NCBI GenBank assembly: GCA_964016885.1
Contig: OZ024759.1
Span: 11,284,001 to 11,348,000, forward strand
Direction: 5' to 3'
DNA length: 64,000 bases
Origin: Eledone cirrhosa
Taxonomy: Eukaryota
In this document: piece by piece, positions 27,528 to 40,451 of the stretch
How positions within the stretch are numbered: the stretch's first letter is position 1
Layout of the letters: each line of letters starts with the position of its first letter
Position numbers and translations under genes: made by a program
The notes under the pieces: model-generated
What the model was told of the DNA's origin: nothing
The model's input: only the letters and a program-made list of their open reading frames with translations
Database searches by the model: none

Positions 27528-29262
27528 TAATAATAATAATAATAATGAAATTATTGTGTACAGTGCTCAGGTGCACTACAACTCATCAAAGGTGCATGTA
27601 TAGTACATAGAATAATGTACAAATGTCAGGAAAATGAACAGTGTATGAGTCATGATATAATAATAATAATAATAATAATGAAATATTGTGTACAGTGCCC
27701 AGGTGCACCACAACTCATCAAAAAGTGCATGTACAGTACATAGGGCAATGCACAAACATCAGGAAATATAATGAAATTATTGAAAATATAATGAAATTAT
27801 GAAAATATAATGAAATTATTGTGTACAGTGATCAGGTGCACTACAACTCATCAAAGGTGCATGTATAGTACATAGAATAATGTACAAATGTCAGGGAAGT
27901 GAATAGTGTATGAGTCATGATATACATGTGTGTATGGAGGGGGAGCATTAGGTGTAGTGTTGGCGAATCTCGGGAAGCATGGAGGTTTTAAAGGATGCAG
28001 CTAACAACTGATGCAGGTAGTTTGTTTCATGGAGGTTTTAAAGGATGCAGTGTCTCGACAGCTAACAACTGATGCAGGTAGTTTGTTCCATGGAGGTTTT
28101 AAAGGATGCAGTGTCTCGACAGCTAACAACTGATGCAGGTAGTTTGTTTCATGGAGGTTTTAAAGGATGCAGTGTCTCGACAGCTAACAACTGATGCAGG
28201 TAGTTTGTTTCATGAAGGTTTTAAAGGATGCAGTGTCTCGGCAGCTAACAACTGATGCAGGTAGTTTGTTCCGTGGAGGTTTTAAAGGATGCAGTGTGTC
28301 GACAGCTAACAACTGATGCAGGTAGTTTGTTCCGTGGAGGTTTTAAAGGATGCAGTGTCTCGACAGCTAACAACTGATGCAGGTAGTTTGTTTCATGGAG
28401 GTTTTAAAGGATGCAGTGTCTCGACAGCTAACAACTGATGCAGGTAGTTTGTTTCATGGAGGTTTTAAAGGATGCAGTGTCTCGGCAGCTAACAACTGAT
28501 GCAGGTAGTTTGTTCCGTGGAGGTTTTAAAGGATGCAGTGTCTCGACAGCTAACAACTGATGCAGGTAGTTTGTGCCGTGGAGGTTTTAAAGGATGCAGT
28601 GTCTCGACAGCTAACAACTGATGCAGGTAGTTTGTTCCATGGAGGCTTTAAAGGATGCAGTGTCTCGACAGCTAACAACTGATGCAGGTAGTTTGTTCCA
28701 TGGAGGCTTTAAAGGATGCAGTGTCTCGACAGCTAACAACTGATGCAGGGAGTTTGTTCCATGGAGGCTTTAAAGGATGCAGTGTCTCGACAGCTAACAA
28801 CTGATGCAGGTAGTTTGTTCCATGGAGGCTTTAAAGGATGCAGTGTCTCGACAGCTAACAACTGATGCAGGGAGTTTGTTCCATGGAGGCTTTAAAGGAT
28901 GCAGTGTCTCGACAGCTAACAACTGATGCAGGTAGTTTGTTCCATGGAGGCTTTAAAGGATGCAGTGTCTCGACAGCTAACAACTGATGCAGGGAGTTTG
29001 TTCCATGGAGGCTTTAAAGGATGCAGTGTCTCGACAGCTAACAACTGATGCAGGTAGTTTGTTCCATGGAGGCTTTAAAGGATGCAGTGTCTCGACAGCT
29101 AACAACTGATGCAGGGAGTTTGTTTCATGTTGCAGCAACTCTGAGTGTGAAAAAATGTTTCCAAAAGTAATGGGAGCTGTGATGTTTTCTGACTTTGTAG
29201 GCATGTCCACGTGTGTTAGACACATGGAAATCAAAAGGGTGCTCGGGGTTGTTGTTGGCAAG
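27528..29262 (-). mobile_element. CR1 LINE 3' end containing ~19 tandem copies of a 61-bp segment (27981-29128)
   Basis: Flanks match 35921-36430; unit ggaggttttaaaggatgcagtgtctcgacagctaacaactgatgcaggtagtttgttccat; (AAT)n tails. Confidence 0.92.
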
Positions 29263-29366
29263 GTTACCTCGGTATATATAGTGTAATGGTGTTACCAGGG
29301 TATATATAGGGTATATATACTGTAATTATGTTACCTGGGTATATATATAGTGTTTGAAAAGGTTCT

Positions 29367-29525
29367 TTAACCCTTTACCATTTACATTACTCTATATATA
29401 CTATTGTATTTTCATGGTAAAGACTTTACCTCACATAATATTGAATCTATGAGATTTTGATATTATTTATTTTGAGAACAATACCTTAACATCAGTATGA
29501 GTGGCCAGTTACAGCCAGTTTCAAC
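29367..29525 (+). mobile_element. piggyBac-like MITE, 3'-truncated
   Basis: ttaaccctttaccatttacattactc... Confidence 0.75.
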
Positions 29526-29669
29526 AACCAACCACCCAACCACCCAGTTAATACAGGTGAGAAAAATATAAAAACAATAAAAATATTAAAAAAGTCCTGT
29601 TGTTATTTTGAATCGTAGTAAAAATAAAATAAAATAGAGCGAGGTAATTATTACAGATTTATGTAAATA

Positions 29670-30467
29670 CTGGTGGTGGTGGGGTGACAGTGGTGGTGAT
29701 AGTGGTGGTGGCGGTGGTGGTGGTGGTGGTGGTGATGGTGGTGGTGGTGGTGGTGATGGTGGTGGTGATAGTGGTGGTGGAGGAGGTGGTGGTGGTGGTG
29801 GTGATGGTGGTGGTGGTGGTGGTGATGGTGGTGGTGATAGTGGTGGTGGAGGAGGTGGTAGTGATGGTGGTGGTGGGGTGACGGTGGTGGTGGTAGTGGC
29901 AGTGGTGGGGTGGTGTTGGTGTTGGTAGGGTGACAGTGGTGGTGGTGGTGGTGGTGGTGATAGTGGCGGTGGCGGTGGTGGTGGTGGTGGTGGTGATGGT
30001 GGTGGTGGAGGAGGTGGTAGTGATGGTGGTGGTGGTGGGGTGATGGTGGTGGTGGTGGTGGGGTGACAGTGGTGGTGGTAGTGGCAGTGGTGGGGTGATG
30101 GTGGTGTTGGTAGGGTGACAGTGGTGGTGGTGGTGGTGGTGAGTTATTAGGTCAATCAGGAGTTGGGAGGTTGCTGCTGCTGCTGCTGCAAACATCAAAA
30201 TATCTGACAGTTGTTATGAAACCTCTGCTGTACCACCAACAGATGATCCACCATCGTCATCATCATCATCGTCATCATCATTGATATCATCACCATCATT
30301 GTCAACATAATCATCATCATCACCATCATTATTGTCACCATCATCACCATTATTGTCATCAGCAGCATCATCATCACCATCACCATTATTGTCATCATCA
30401 CCATCATCACCATTATTGTCATCATCACCATCATCATCATCACCATCATTATTGTCATCCTCATCAT
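29670..30467. repeat. (GGT)n tract, ~110-bp unique island, (CAT)n tract
   Basis: Direct inspection. Confidence 0.9.
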
Positions 30468-30470
30468 CAG

Positions 30471-30665
30471 AGGGCGGTGGATTGGCAGTATCGGTAGAGG
30501 GTCGGACGCCATGCTTTCCAGCATAGAGTTATGTCCCTTTACGATCTGAGATCAAATCCCGCCGAGGTTGACTTTGCCTTTCATCCTTGCGGGGTCGATA
30601 GAATAAAGTACCAGTAATGCACTGGGGTAATTGCTGGCCTTGTGCCTAAAATAGAAACAATTATT
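30471..30665 (+). mobile_element. SINE family B, full length
   Basis: ggcggtggattggcagtatcggtagag head and conserved core. Confidence 0.9.
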
Positions 30666-30767
30666 GTCACCCTCATCATCATCACCATCATCACCATCAC
30701 CATCATCATCATTTAACATCCATTTTCTGGCTTGGTTTCTACCACTGGATGCCCTTCCTAATGCCAA

Positions 30768-30803
<36 letters not shown>

Positions 30804-30995
30804 GTGAAGTAATTCCGTCGGAAAGGTCCAGGAAAAAAGAGTGCTCTATGTAGGCTACAGAGCTTATTAGTTATGTAATAAACATAAAATAATTATTTCA
30901 TTTACCAGTGGTTTCTTGAAAACAAACAAATTTGCTTTCAGTCTTCAGAATGAAAAAATGCTGGTGTTTTTATTGAATGTGGATTTGAAAAACCG

Positions 30996-30996
<1 letters not shown>
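30804..30996 (-). mobile_element. TA-embedded Penelope-like terminus with hammerhead and 3' hairpin
   Basis: (TA)n on both sides; hammerhead 30896-30955; hairpin GCTC-TGTAG-c-CTACA-TA-GAGC at 30843-30863. Confidence 0.72.
30896..30955 (-). ncRNA. Type I hammerhead ribozyme
   Basis: TTTCATT-CTGAAGA-(10-bp stem II)-GAAA-CCACTGG-TA-AATGAAA; perfect 7-bp stem I, GUA triplet. Confidence 0.85.
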
Positions 30997-31042
<46 letters not shown>

Positions 31043-31044
<2 letters not shown>

Positions 31045-31720
31045 CATCATCATCACTGTTTTATGTTCATTCTTCCATGCTAGCATGGGTTAGATGGGTT
31101 GTCCTGTTGTGGTCAATGCCAGGTCAGGTGACCATGTCTTGCTCATATGGGAACTGATTTTGGCTTGATTTATGCAGCTGGATGCCCTTCCTAACACCAA
31201 CCTCATTTATAGTGAGTACTGGGTGCCTTTTTTACTGTGGTGCCTACATGACCACTTTACAGTGTGGGCTGGGTGCTTTTTTGTTGTGACACCTCCACGA
31301 CCACGTTAGTTGGAGGGATTGGGGGCAGCAGTGGTAGTAGCTCCCTGAACTTCTTCCATCCCGTTCTTACCCTGGTTACTGTACTTTCAGAACACCCACC
31401 AGCGCTGCTAATTTGGTCACCTAGGTAGCAGAAGCTGTCTACGCTGTAATGTGGCCGTGTAGGTGTCCCAACAAAAACACACACAGTCCACGCTGTAATG
31501 TGGCCGTGTAGGTAACACAGTAAAAAGTTCCCAGTTCCACACTGTAAATGTGGTTGGTGTTAGGAAGGGCATCCAGCCGTAGAAAACCTGCTAGATAGTC
31601 CTATATGAGTGAGACACGGTCACCCGACCAACCTTGCCTCAAATGGGACAACTCCCGTCTAAATCCATGCTAGCGTGGAAGATGGACATTAAATGAAGAT
31701 GATGATGATGATGATGATGA

Positions 31721-31722
<2 letters not shown>
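31043..31722. mobile_element. Mosaic: SINE/RTE-B tail (minus), RTE ORF scrap (minus), RTE-B 3' UTR (plus)
   Basis: DSFCYLGDQISSAGGCSES fragment; tails with (CAT)n and (GAT)n in opposite orientation. Confidence 0.78.
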
Positions 31723-31756
<34 letters not shown>

Positions 31757-31759
<3 letters not shown>

Positions 31760-31970
31760 CGTGTGGCTGAATGGTTAGAGAATTGGATTCACGATCTTGA
31801 GGTTGTGAGTTCAATTCCTGGACCGGGTGATACGTTATGTCCTTGAGCAAGACACTTTATTTCACGCTGTTCCTTCTACCTGGAGTTGTGACCGATAGAT
31901 AGTACTAGCAACTGGAAAGACCAATGGAAATATTGTTTCCTTGGTCCGATTTGACGAAAGTCGATCGATA
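31757..31970 (+). mobile_element. SINE family C
   Basis: tRNA-like head, B-box gagttcaattcc, ccttgagcaagacacttt core, distinct tail. Confidence 0.87.
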
Positions 31971-31971
31971 T

Positions 31972-32752
31972 ATCATCATCATTTTACGTCCGCTTTTCCC
32001 TGCTTGCAAGGGTGGGATGGGTCTTATTCAGCACAGCATCTCTCCACTCGTCACGGTCCTTCGTCATCTCCACCGTGAGCTTCAATGATCTGAGGTCTGT
32101 TCTCACCACCTCCGCCCATGTTTTTCGTGGTCTTCCTCTACCACGTCTTCCTTCAACTGGCATTTCCTGGCACTTCTTCACCCATCGGTCATCCTCCATG
32201 CGCATCACATGTCCATACCACCTCAGTCTCCTCTCCCGTACACTACATTCTATCCCTCTCAGACACAGTTTCTCTCTCAACGCATCACATGTCCATACCA
32301 CCTCAGTCTCCTCTCCCGTACACTACATTCTATCCCTCTCAGACACAGTTTCTCTCTCAACACATTTATGCTGGGTCGTTCACGCACATTTACACTGCAC
32401 ATCCAACGGAGCATGCTTGCCTCATTTCTCTCCAGCCGTCGCATATCCTCTGCAGTTGCTGCCCATGTCTCACTACCATGCAGCATCGCGCTCCTCACAC
32501 AGGCATCATACAACCGGCCTTTCGTACGCAGGGAGAAACCCTTCTTCGTCAACAGAGGAAGCAGCTCCCTAAACTTCTTCCAACCCGTCCTTATTCTAGA
32601 TACTATGGCCTCGGAACACCCTCCTCCCATGCTAATCTGATTTCCTAGGTACCGGAAGCTATCCACCACTTCTATAGCGCCCTCTCGCATTTGAAAAATG
32701 TGTCTATCAATGCGACTTCTACTGTCTAATTTCCCTGTACATCTACTGCATG
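31972..32752 (-). pseudogene. RTE-A LINE 3' fragment with ~80-bp internal duplication
   Basis: ORFs 32277-32690 and 31984-32301, near-identical to 7589-8270. Confidence 0.93.
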
Positions 32753-32935
32753 CATATATATATATATATATATATTTAATACATTAACAGAGAAAGCTTT
32801 TAGCGATACTCCGACCAACTTCCATCTCACTCAACAAACATTAGGAAATACCTAAGTATAATCCCAATTATACGTTTGGGGTGCTTACTATATTGTATTC
32901 TGTGGATAGTCAGCTGTATTATTTTATATGAGACA

Positions 32936-33126
32936 TGGCGGTGGATTGTCAGTATCGGTAGAGGGCCACACGCCATGCTTTGCAGCACAGTTACGTCCCT
33001 TTACGAACTGAGTTCAAATCCCGCCGAGGTTAACTTTGCCTTTCATCCTTACGGGGTCGATAAAATAAAGTACCAGTAATGCACTGGGTAATTGCTGGCC
33101 TTGTGCCAAAAGTAGAAACAATTATT
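32936..33126 (+). mobile_element. SINE family B
   Basis: Matches 30471-30665. Confidence 0.9.
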
Positions 33127-33261
33127 TCATATGAGACATAATTAAATAAATCTCACTTTCCATACAATCGTTTCATTATAAGATTTCTACAAGGTGGGAG
33201 AATAATGTTCAAGTTATGTAGAAGCTTGCATATGATCAACAGATTTCCATGCAAGTGGGCT

Positions 33262-33299
<38 letters not shown>

Positions 33300-33302
<3 letters not shown>

Positions 33303-33700
33303 TCATCATCATCATCAACGTTTAACGTCCGTGTTCCACGCTTGCATGGGTTTGGACGGGGGTAGTCCCACTTGAGGCAAGAGTGATTTTCTTGCTCGCA
33401 TAGGACTGTCTGGCAGGTTTTCTACAGTTGGATGCCCTTCCTAACACCAACCACATTTACAGTGTGGGTCTGGGAGGTTTTTACCGTGTTGCCTACACTA
33501 TATATATATATATACATACATACACACAGACATATATCTGTTTAATGTCCATTTTTCGCGCTACCATGGGTTAAATGAGTTGTCCTGTTGTGAAGCAAGT
33601 CAGATCAAGTGACCATGTCTTGCTCATACAGAACTGATTCTGGCTTGGTTTCTATGGCCTGAAGCCCTTCCTAACACCAACCTCATTTACAATGTGGATT
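33300..33700 (-). mobile_element. Two RTE-B/SINE 3'-tail fragments
   Basis: gcccttcctaacaccaacc motif in both; (CAT)n tail. Confidence 0.78.
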
Positions 33701-33854
33701 GTATAATAATAATAATGATTTCTTTATTAACCACAAAGGGTTTCCATCAAGAAAAACATTATGACAGTACAGGATGAAAACCTAGTGTGTGTGTATGTGT
33801 GTTTGTATATGTGTTGGTGTGTGGGTTTTGCGTGTAAACAAATTTTAACAATAT

Positions 33855-34745
33855 TTAACCCTTTAACATTTACATTACTCTATATATACTATTGTATTTT
33901 CACAGTAAAGGCTTTACCTCACATAATATCTCACATAACCTTTACATTACTCTATATATACTATTGTATTGTCACAGTAAAGGCTTTACCTCACATAATA
34001 TCTCACATAACCTTTACATTACTCTATATATACTATTGTATTTTCACAGTAAAGGCTTTACCTCACATAATATCTCACATAACATTTACATTACTCTATA
34101 TATACTATTGTATTTTCATGGTAAAGGCTTTACCTCACATAATATCTCACATAACCTTTACATTACTCTATATATACTATTGTATTGTCACAGTAAAGGC
34201 TTTACCTCACATAATATCTCACATAACCTTTACATTACTCTATATATACTATTGTATTGTCACAGTAAAGGCTTAACCTCACATAATACCTCACATAACA
34301 TTTACATTACTCTATATATACTATTGTATTGTCACAGTAAAGGCTTTACCTCACATAATACCTCACATAACATTTACATTACTCTATATATACTATTGTA
34401 TTGTCACAGTAAAGGCTTTACCTCACATAATATCTCACATAGCATTTACATTACTCTATATATACTATTGTATTTTCACAGTAAAGGCTTTACCTCACAT
34501 AATATCTCACATAACATTTACATTACTCTATATATACTATTGTATTTTCATGGTAAAGGCTTTACCTCACATAATATCTCACATAACATTTACATTACTC
34601 TATATATACTATTGTATTGTCACAGTAAAGGCTTTACCTCATATAATATCTCACATAACATTTACATTACTCTATATATACTATTGTATTGTCACAGTAA
34701 AGGCTTTACCTCACATAATATCTCACATAACATTTACATTACTCT
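33855..34745 (+). repeat. ~12 x 72-bp array amplified from the piggyBac-like MITE (left end retained)
   Basis: Starts ttaaccctttaacatt; same unit as 14275-14917. Confidence 0.93.
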
Positions 34746-35039
34746 CTCTCTTACACTGACATACACACACACACACTCTTACTTTTCATACTGTTTCCAT
34801 AAAGACTTGTTACATACACATGACCACCACCACCACCTCTACAGTGTGGTTATAGAGTGACAGAAATTGTCCCCTTTTTTAATGATGTAATTCTAGAAAG
34901 ATGGAAAGACAACCATGTAGTGTGGCCTTTCATACTGAAGAGAGTCATGGTTGTCTTTGTTATAAGCTTTTATATTGTGGTTTGAAATGCCAATATTTCA
35001 CATCTCACTGTCTCTTTGTAGTTTGGTTAGGCTTTCAAT

Positions 35040-37276
35040 AGAGATTTCTGTCCTGATCAAGGCCTGTTTTATAGAGATTTATGTCCTGATCAAAGCCTGT
35101 TTTATAGAGAGAGGTGTGTCCTAATCAAGGCCTGTTTTATAGAGATTTATGTCCTGATCAAAGCCTGTTTTATAGAGAGAGGTGTGTCCTAATCAAGGCC
35201 TGTTTTATAGAGATTTATGTCCTGATCAAAGCCTGTTTTATAGAGAGAGGTGTGTCCTAATCAAGGCCTGTTTTATAGAGATTTATGTCCTGATCAAAGC
35301 CTGTTTTATAGAGAGAGGTGTGTCCTAATCAAGGCCTGTTTTATAGAGATTTATGTCCTGATCAAAGCCTGTTTTATAGAGAGAGGTGTGTCCTGATCAA
35401 GGCCTGTTTTAGAGAGATTTATGTCCTGATCAAAGCCTGTTTTATAGAGAGAGGTGTGTCCTGATCAAGGCCTGTTTTATAGAGATTTATGTCCTGATCA
35501 AGGCCTGTTTTAGAGAGAGAGGTGTGTCCTAATCAAGGCCTGTTTTATAGAGATTTATGTCCTGATCAAAGCCTGTTTTATAGAGAGATGTGTCCTGATC
35601 AAGGCCTGTTTTATAGAGATTTATGTCCTGATCAAAGCCTGTTTTATAGAGAGAGATGTGTCCTGATCAAGGCCTGTTTTAGAGAGATTTATGTCCTGAT
35701 CAAAGCCTGTTTTAGAGAGAGAGAGGTGTGTCCTAATCAAGGCCTGTTTTATAGAGATTTATGTCCTGATCAAGGCCTGTTTTAGAGAGAGAGGTGTGTC
35801 CTAATCAAGGCCTGTTTTATAGAGATTTATGTCCTGATCAAAGCCTGTTTTAGAGAGAGATTTATGTCCTGATCAAGGCCTGTTTTAGAGAGATTTATGT
35901 CCTGATCAAAGCCTGTTTTAAAATAATAATGAAATTATTGTGTACAGTGCTCAGGTGCACTACAACTCATCAAAGGTGCATGTATAGTACATAGAATAAT
36001 GTACAAATGTCAGGAAAATGAACAGTGTATGAGTCATGATATAATAATAATAACAATAGTGAAATATTGTGTACAGTGCCCAGGTGCACCACAACTCATC
36101 AAAAAAGTGCATGTACAGTACATAGGGCAATGCACAAACATCAGTAAAATGAACAGTGCACGAGTCATGATACACACATGTGTGCATGTGTATGGAAGGG
36201 GTACATCAGGTGTAGTTTTGGCGTATTGCGGGAAGCATGAGTGTCTTAAAGGATGCAGTGTCTCGGCAGCTAACAATTGACGCAGGCAGTTTGTTCCATG
36301 CTTCAGCAACTCTGAGCGTGAAAAAATGTCTACGAAAGTCATGGGAGCTGTACTGTTTTCTGATCTTGTAGGCATGTCCACGTGTGTTAGACACATGGAG
36401 ATCAAAGAGGCGCTCAGGGTTGCAATTGGCGAGATGGTTAAAAACTTTGTGGGTATTCACCAAGTCCATTGCCAGACGTCGGAGCTTCAATGAATCCATG
36501 CCCAGGGAAGCAAGGCGTTCAGAGTATGGTAGGTGTCTGATGGAGGGTATGCGCTTGGTTGCACGTCTCTGAACAGTTTCCAGGAGGTCAATGTTCTGAG
36601 CAAGATAGGGGTTCCAGACTGATGATGCGAATTCCAAGTGTGGTCGTACCATAGCTGTATACAGTTTTAAATAGATGGCTGGAGAGCGGCTAACAAAGGT
36701 CTTGCTGAGTGATGCCAAGACACCCTCAGCCTTCTTGACAATCTTAGAGACATGCTTTGTCCAACGCAAATCGTTGCTGACAGTAATGCCCAGGTCACGT
36801 TCACAAGAGGACTTTTTGATATCAGTGTTGTGGAGGGAGTATGTGGACGCTGGATTTTTCCTTCCAAAATGCATGGTGGTACACTTGTCCACAGCCAGCT
36901 TCAGTTGCCAGTCTGTGATCCATTGCTGCATTGTGTCCAGGTCTGATTGTAGGAAAGAGTTGTAAATTTCAGGATCAGTCCTTTTGATTTCAAGGTACAG
37001 CTTGATGTCATCTGCATATTTTAGTACCGTGGAATTCTGTAAGTTGGCATCTATGTCATTAAATAGAGAGATGTGTCCTGATCAAGGCCTGTTTTAGAGA
37101 GATTTATGTCCTGATCAAAGCCTGTTTTATAGAGAGATGTGTCCTGATCAAGGCCTGTTTTAGAGAGATTTATGTCTTGATCAAAGCCTGTTTTAGAGAG
37201 AAATGTGTGTCCTGATCAAGGCCTGTTTTATAGAGATTTATGTCCTGATCAAGGCCTATTTTATAGAGATTTATGC
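35040..37276. repeat. ~33-bp satellite (agagatttatgtcctgatcaaggcctgtttt), split by a CR1 insertion
   Basis: Array at 35040-35920 resumes at 37063-37276. Confidence 0.92.
35921..37062 (-). pseudogene. 5'-truncated CR1-clade LINE (RT C-terminal part, frame intact)
   Basis: LKYADDIKLY, ERDLGITV, VRPHLEFASSVWNP, LETVQRRATK, TRGHAYKI, EAWNKLP; duplicated 3' UTR with (AAT)n. Confidence 0.95.
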
Positions 37277-37489
37277 ATTTGTACTGATAAAGACCAGTTT
37301 TAATTTCCAAGGTTTAACTAGTTTTGAGAGTAATTTATTTTTTATTTCCAGCTTTTTGTTGCCATAATTTTAATGAAAGACACTTCATATGGTTTTCAAA
37401 TAATTTGGAAGGATTAGTAATAAAAATTTTCCCCATTTACATGGTATTGGACTGTTACTTAGCAAAGGTTCTTGCATAAAATTATTAGG

Positions 37490-38502
37490 TGTCAAAATGG
37501 TTAAGCTTGTGTTTGGAACATAACTTAAAGGTGCTTACATAAAATTATGATGGAAGGTTTTACAATAAATATAAACACTTTAAAATAGAGAGTTTTGTAT
37601 TATAGAACCAGGGATGTTTGAAACATAACTTAACATAAAAGTGCTTACATAACATTATGATGGAAGGTCTTCTGATAAATATAAACACTTTAAAACAAAT
37701 AGCTTTGTATCATAGAACCAGAGGTGTTTGGAACATAACTTAAAGGTTCTTAAATAAAATTATTATGGAAGGTTTTTAGATAAAAATAAAGTTTTGTATC
37801 ATAGAACCAGGCGTGTTTGGAACATAACTTAACAAAGGTTCTTATATAAAATTATGACAGAAGACTTTTAGATAAATATGTACACTTTAACCCTTTAGCA
37901 TTCACATTACTCTATATACACTATTATATTTTCATAGTAAAGGCTTTACCTCATAATATCTCACATAACATTTACATTACTCTATATATACTATTGTATT
38001 TTCACAGTAAAGGCTTTACCTCACATAATATCTCACATAACATTTACATTACTCTATATATACTATTGTATTTTCATGGTAAAGACTTTACCTCATAATA
38101 TCTCACATAACATTTACATTACTCTATATATACTATTGTATTTTCATGGTAAAGGCTTTATCTCACATAATTATCTCACATAATATCGAATCTATGAGAT
38201 TTGGAAGTATTTATTTTGAGAACAATATCTTAGCATCAGTTTGAGTGACCAGTTACAGCCAGTTTCAACAGAAAAAGGTAGAGAATTCTGGCCGGGTTTG
38301 GCCGGTTTGAACATTAAAGGGTTAAAATAAACAGTTTTGTATCATAGAATCATGAATATTTGGAACATAACTTAACAAAGGTTCTTACATAAAATTATTA
38401 TGAAAGGTTTTAAGATAAATATAAAGACTTTTATATTTATCTTAATATTTATCTTTCATAGAATCAGAGGTGGTTTCAGATGTTTTGGTAACAAAAGGGT
38501 TA
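37490..38502. repeat. ~110-120-bp tandem units of another TTAA-ended element, interrupted by a MITE
   Basis: tgtttggaacataactt units; ends aaaagggttaa at 38502. Confidence 0.7.
37887..38325 (+). mobile_element. piggyBac-like MITE with ~4 internal 72-bp units and a clear TTAA target duplication
   Basis: Host unit cact[ttaa]aa is split, with TTAA on both sides. Confidence 0.9.
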
Positions 38503-38662
38503 AAGAAATGTTTTCTAAGAATAATTTCTTAGAGTTTAATGTATAGAAGTTTAAAATGGCTGTCACTGGTGTGAACAGAGCAGATTGTTAGATGTTTCTT
38601 TATCAATTGCTATTGGTTAGTAGTGATGGCAATACTTACCAATGTACATGTAGATACTTCTC

Positions 38663-40205
38663 TTTTTATTACTGGTTTCAGTCACTAGACTGTGGCCATG
38701 CTGGGGCACTACATTCTTTTACTGGTTTCAGTCACTAGACTGTGGCCATGCTGGGGCACTACATTCTTTTACTGGTTTTAGTCACTAGACTGTGGCCAGG
38801 CTGGGGCACCACATTCTTTTATTGGTTTTAGTCACTAGACTGTGACCAGGCTGGGGCACCACATTCTTTCATTGGTTTCAGACAGACTGTGGACATGCTG
38901 GGGCACCACATTCTTTCATTGGTTTCAGACAGACTGTGGACATGCTGGGGCACCACATTCTTTTACTTGTTTCAGTCACTAGACTGTGGCCAGGCTGGGG
39001 CACCACATTCTTTTACTTGTTTCAGTCACTAGACTGTGGCCAGGCTGGGGCACCACATTCTTTTACTTGTTTCAGTCACTAGACTGTGGCCAGGCTGGGG
39101 CACCACATTCTTTTACTTGTTTCAGTCACTAGACTGTGGCCAGGCTGGGGAACCACATTCTTTTACTGGTTTCAGTCACTAGACTGTGGCCAGGCTGGGG
39201 CACCACATTCTTTTACTGGTTTCAGTCACTAGACTGTGGCCAGGCTGGGGCACCACATTCTTTTACTGGTTTCAGTCACTAGACTGTGGCCAGGCTGGGG
39301 CACCACATTCTTTTACTGGTTTCAGTCACTAGACTGTGGCCATGCTGGGGCACCACATTCTTTTACTGGTTTCAGTCACTAGACTGTGGCCAGGCTGGGG
39401 CACCACATTCTTTCACTGGTTTCAGTCACTAGACTGTGGCCATGCTGGGGCACCACATTCTTTTACTGGTTTCAGTCACTAGACTGTGGCCAGGCTGGGG
39501 CACCACATTCTTTCACTGGTTTCAGTCACTAGACTGTGGCCAGACTGGGGCACCACATTATTTTACTGGTTTCAGTCACTAGACTGTGGCCAGGCTGGGG
39601 CACCACATTCTTTCACTGGTTTCAGTCACTAGACTGTGGCCAGGCTGGGGCACCACATTCTTTTACTGGTTTCAGTCACTAGACTGTGGCCAGGCTGGGG
39701 CACCACATTCTTTTACTGGTTTCACTCACTAGACTGTGGCCAGACTGGGGCACCACATTATTTTACTGGTTTCAGTCACTAGACTGTGGCCAGGCTGGGG
39801 CACCACATTCTTTTACTGGTTTCAGTCACTAGACTGTGGCCAGACTGGGGCACCACATTATTTTACGGGTTTCTGTCTTTAGACTGTGGCCAGGCTGGGG
39901 CACCACATTCTTTTACTGGTTTCAGTCACTAGACTGTGGCCAGGCTGGGGCACCACATTATTTTACTTGTTTCAGTCACTAGACTGTGGCCAGGCTGGGG
40001 AACCACATTCTTTTACTGGTTTCAGTCACTAGATTGTGGCCAGGCTGGGGCACCACATTCTTTTACTGGTTTCACTCACTAGACTGTGGCCAGGCTGGGG
40101 CACCACATTCTTTCACTGGTTTCAGTCATTAGACTATGGCCATGCTGGGGCACCACATTCTCATACGGGTTTCTGTCTTTAGACTGTGGCAATGCTGGGG
40201 CACTG
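38663..40205. repeat. 50-bp tandem array (~31 copies), probably derived from a SINE 3' segment
   Basis: ttttactggtttcagtcactagactgtggccaggctggggcaccacattc; single-copy relative at ~19415-19455. Confidence 0.93.
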
Positions 40206-40242
40206 CCTTATCTCAACCATATCGACTCCAGCACGTTTTCAT

Positions 40243-40295
<53 letters not shown>

Positions 40296-40299
<4 letters not shown>

Positions 40300-40397
40300 G
40301 ACTTCTACAAGTCTTGTAGAAGTCATTCCTATATAATAAAGATGCCTAAACCCTACCAATGTATTGAGTTCCTTTTTAAATCACCTCAGGAATCTAA

Positions 40398-40399
<2 letters not shown>
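40296..40399 (+). mobile_element. Minimal fold-back Penelope-like terminus
   Basis: atgacttctacaa-gtc-ttgtagaagtcat hairpin followed by tac-caat-gta-tt-gagtt; same family as 17306 and 51522. Confidence 0.65.

Positions 40400-40451
<52 letters not shown>

Noticed and set aside
38663-40205. CRISPR-like periodic arrays (also 21485, 27981, 14275, 35040)
   Set aside because: Head-to-tail units without unique spacers, no cas genes, eukaryotic context; several units trace to TEs
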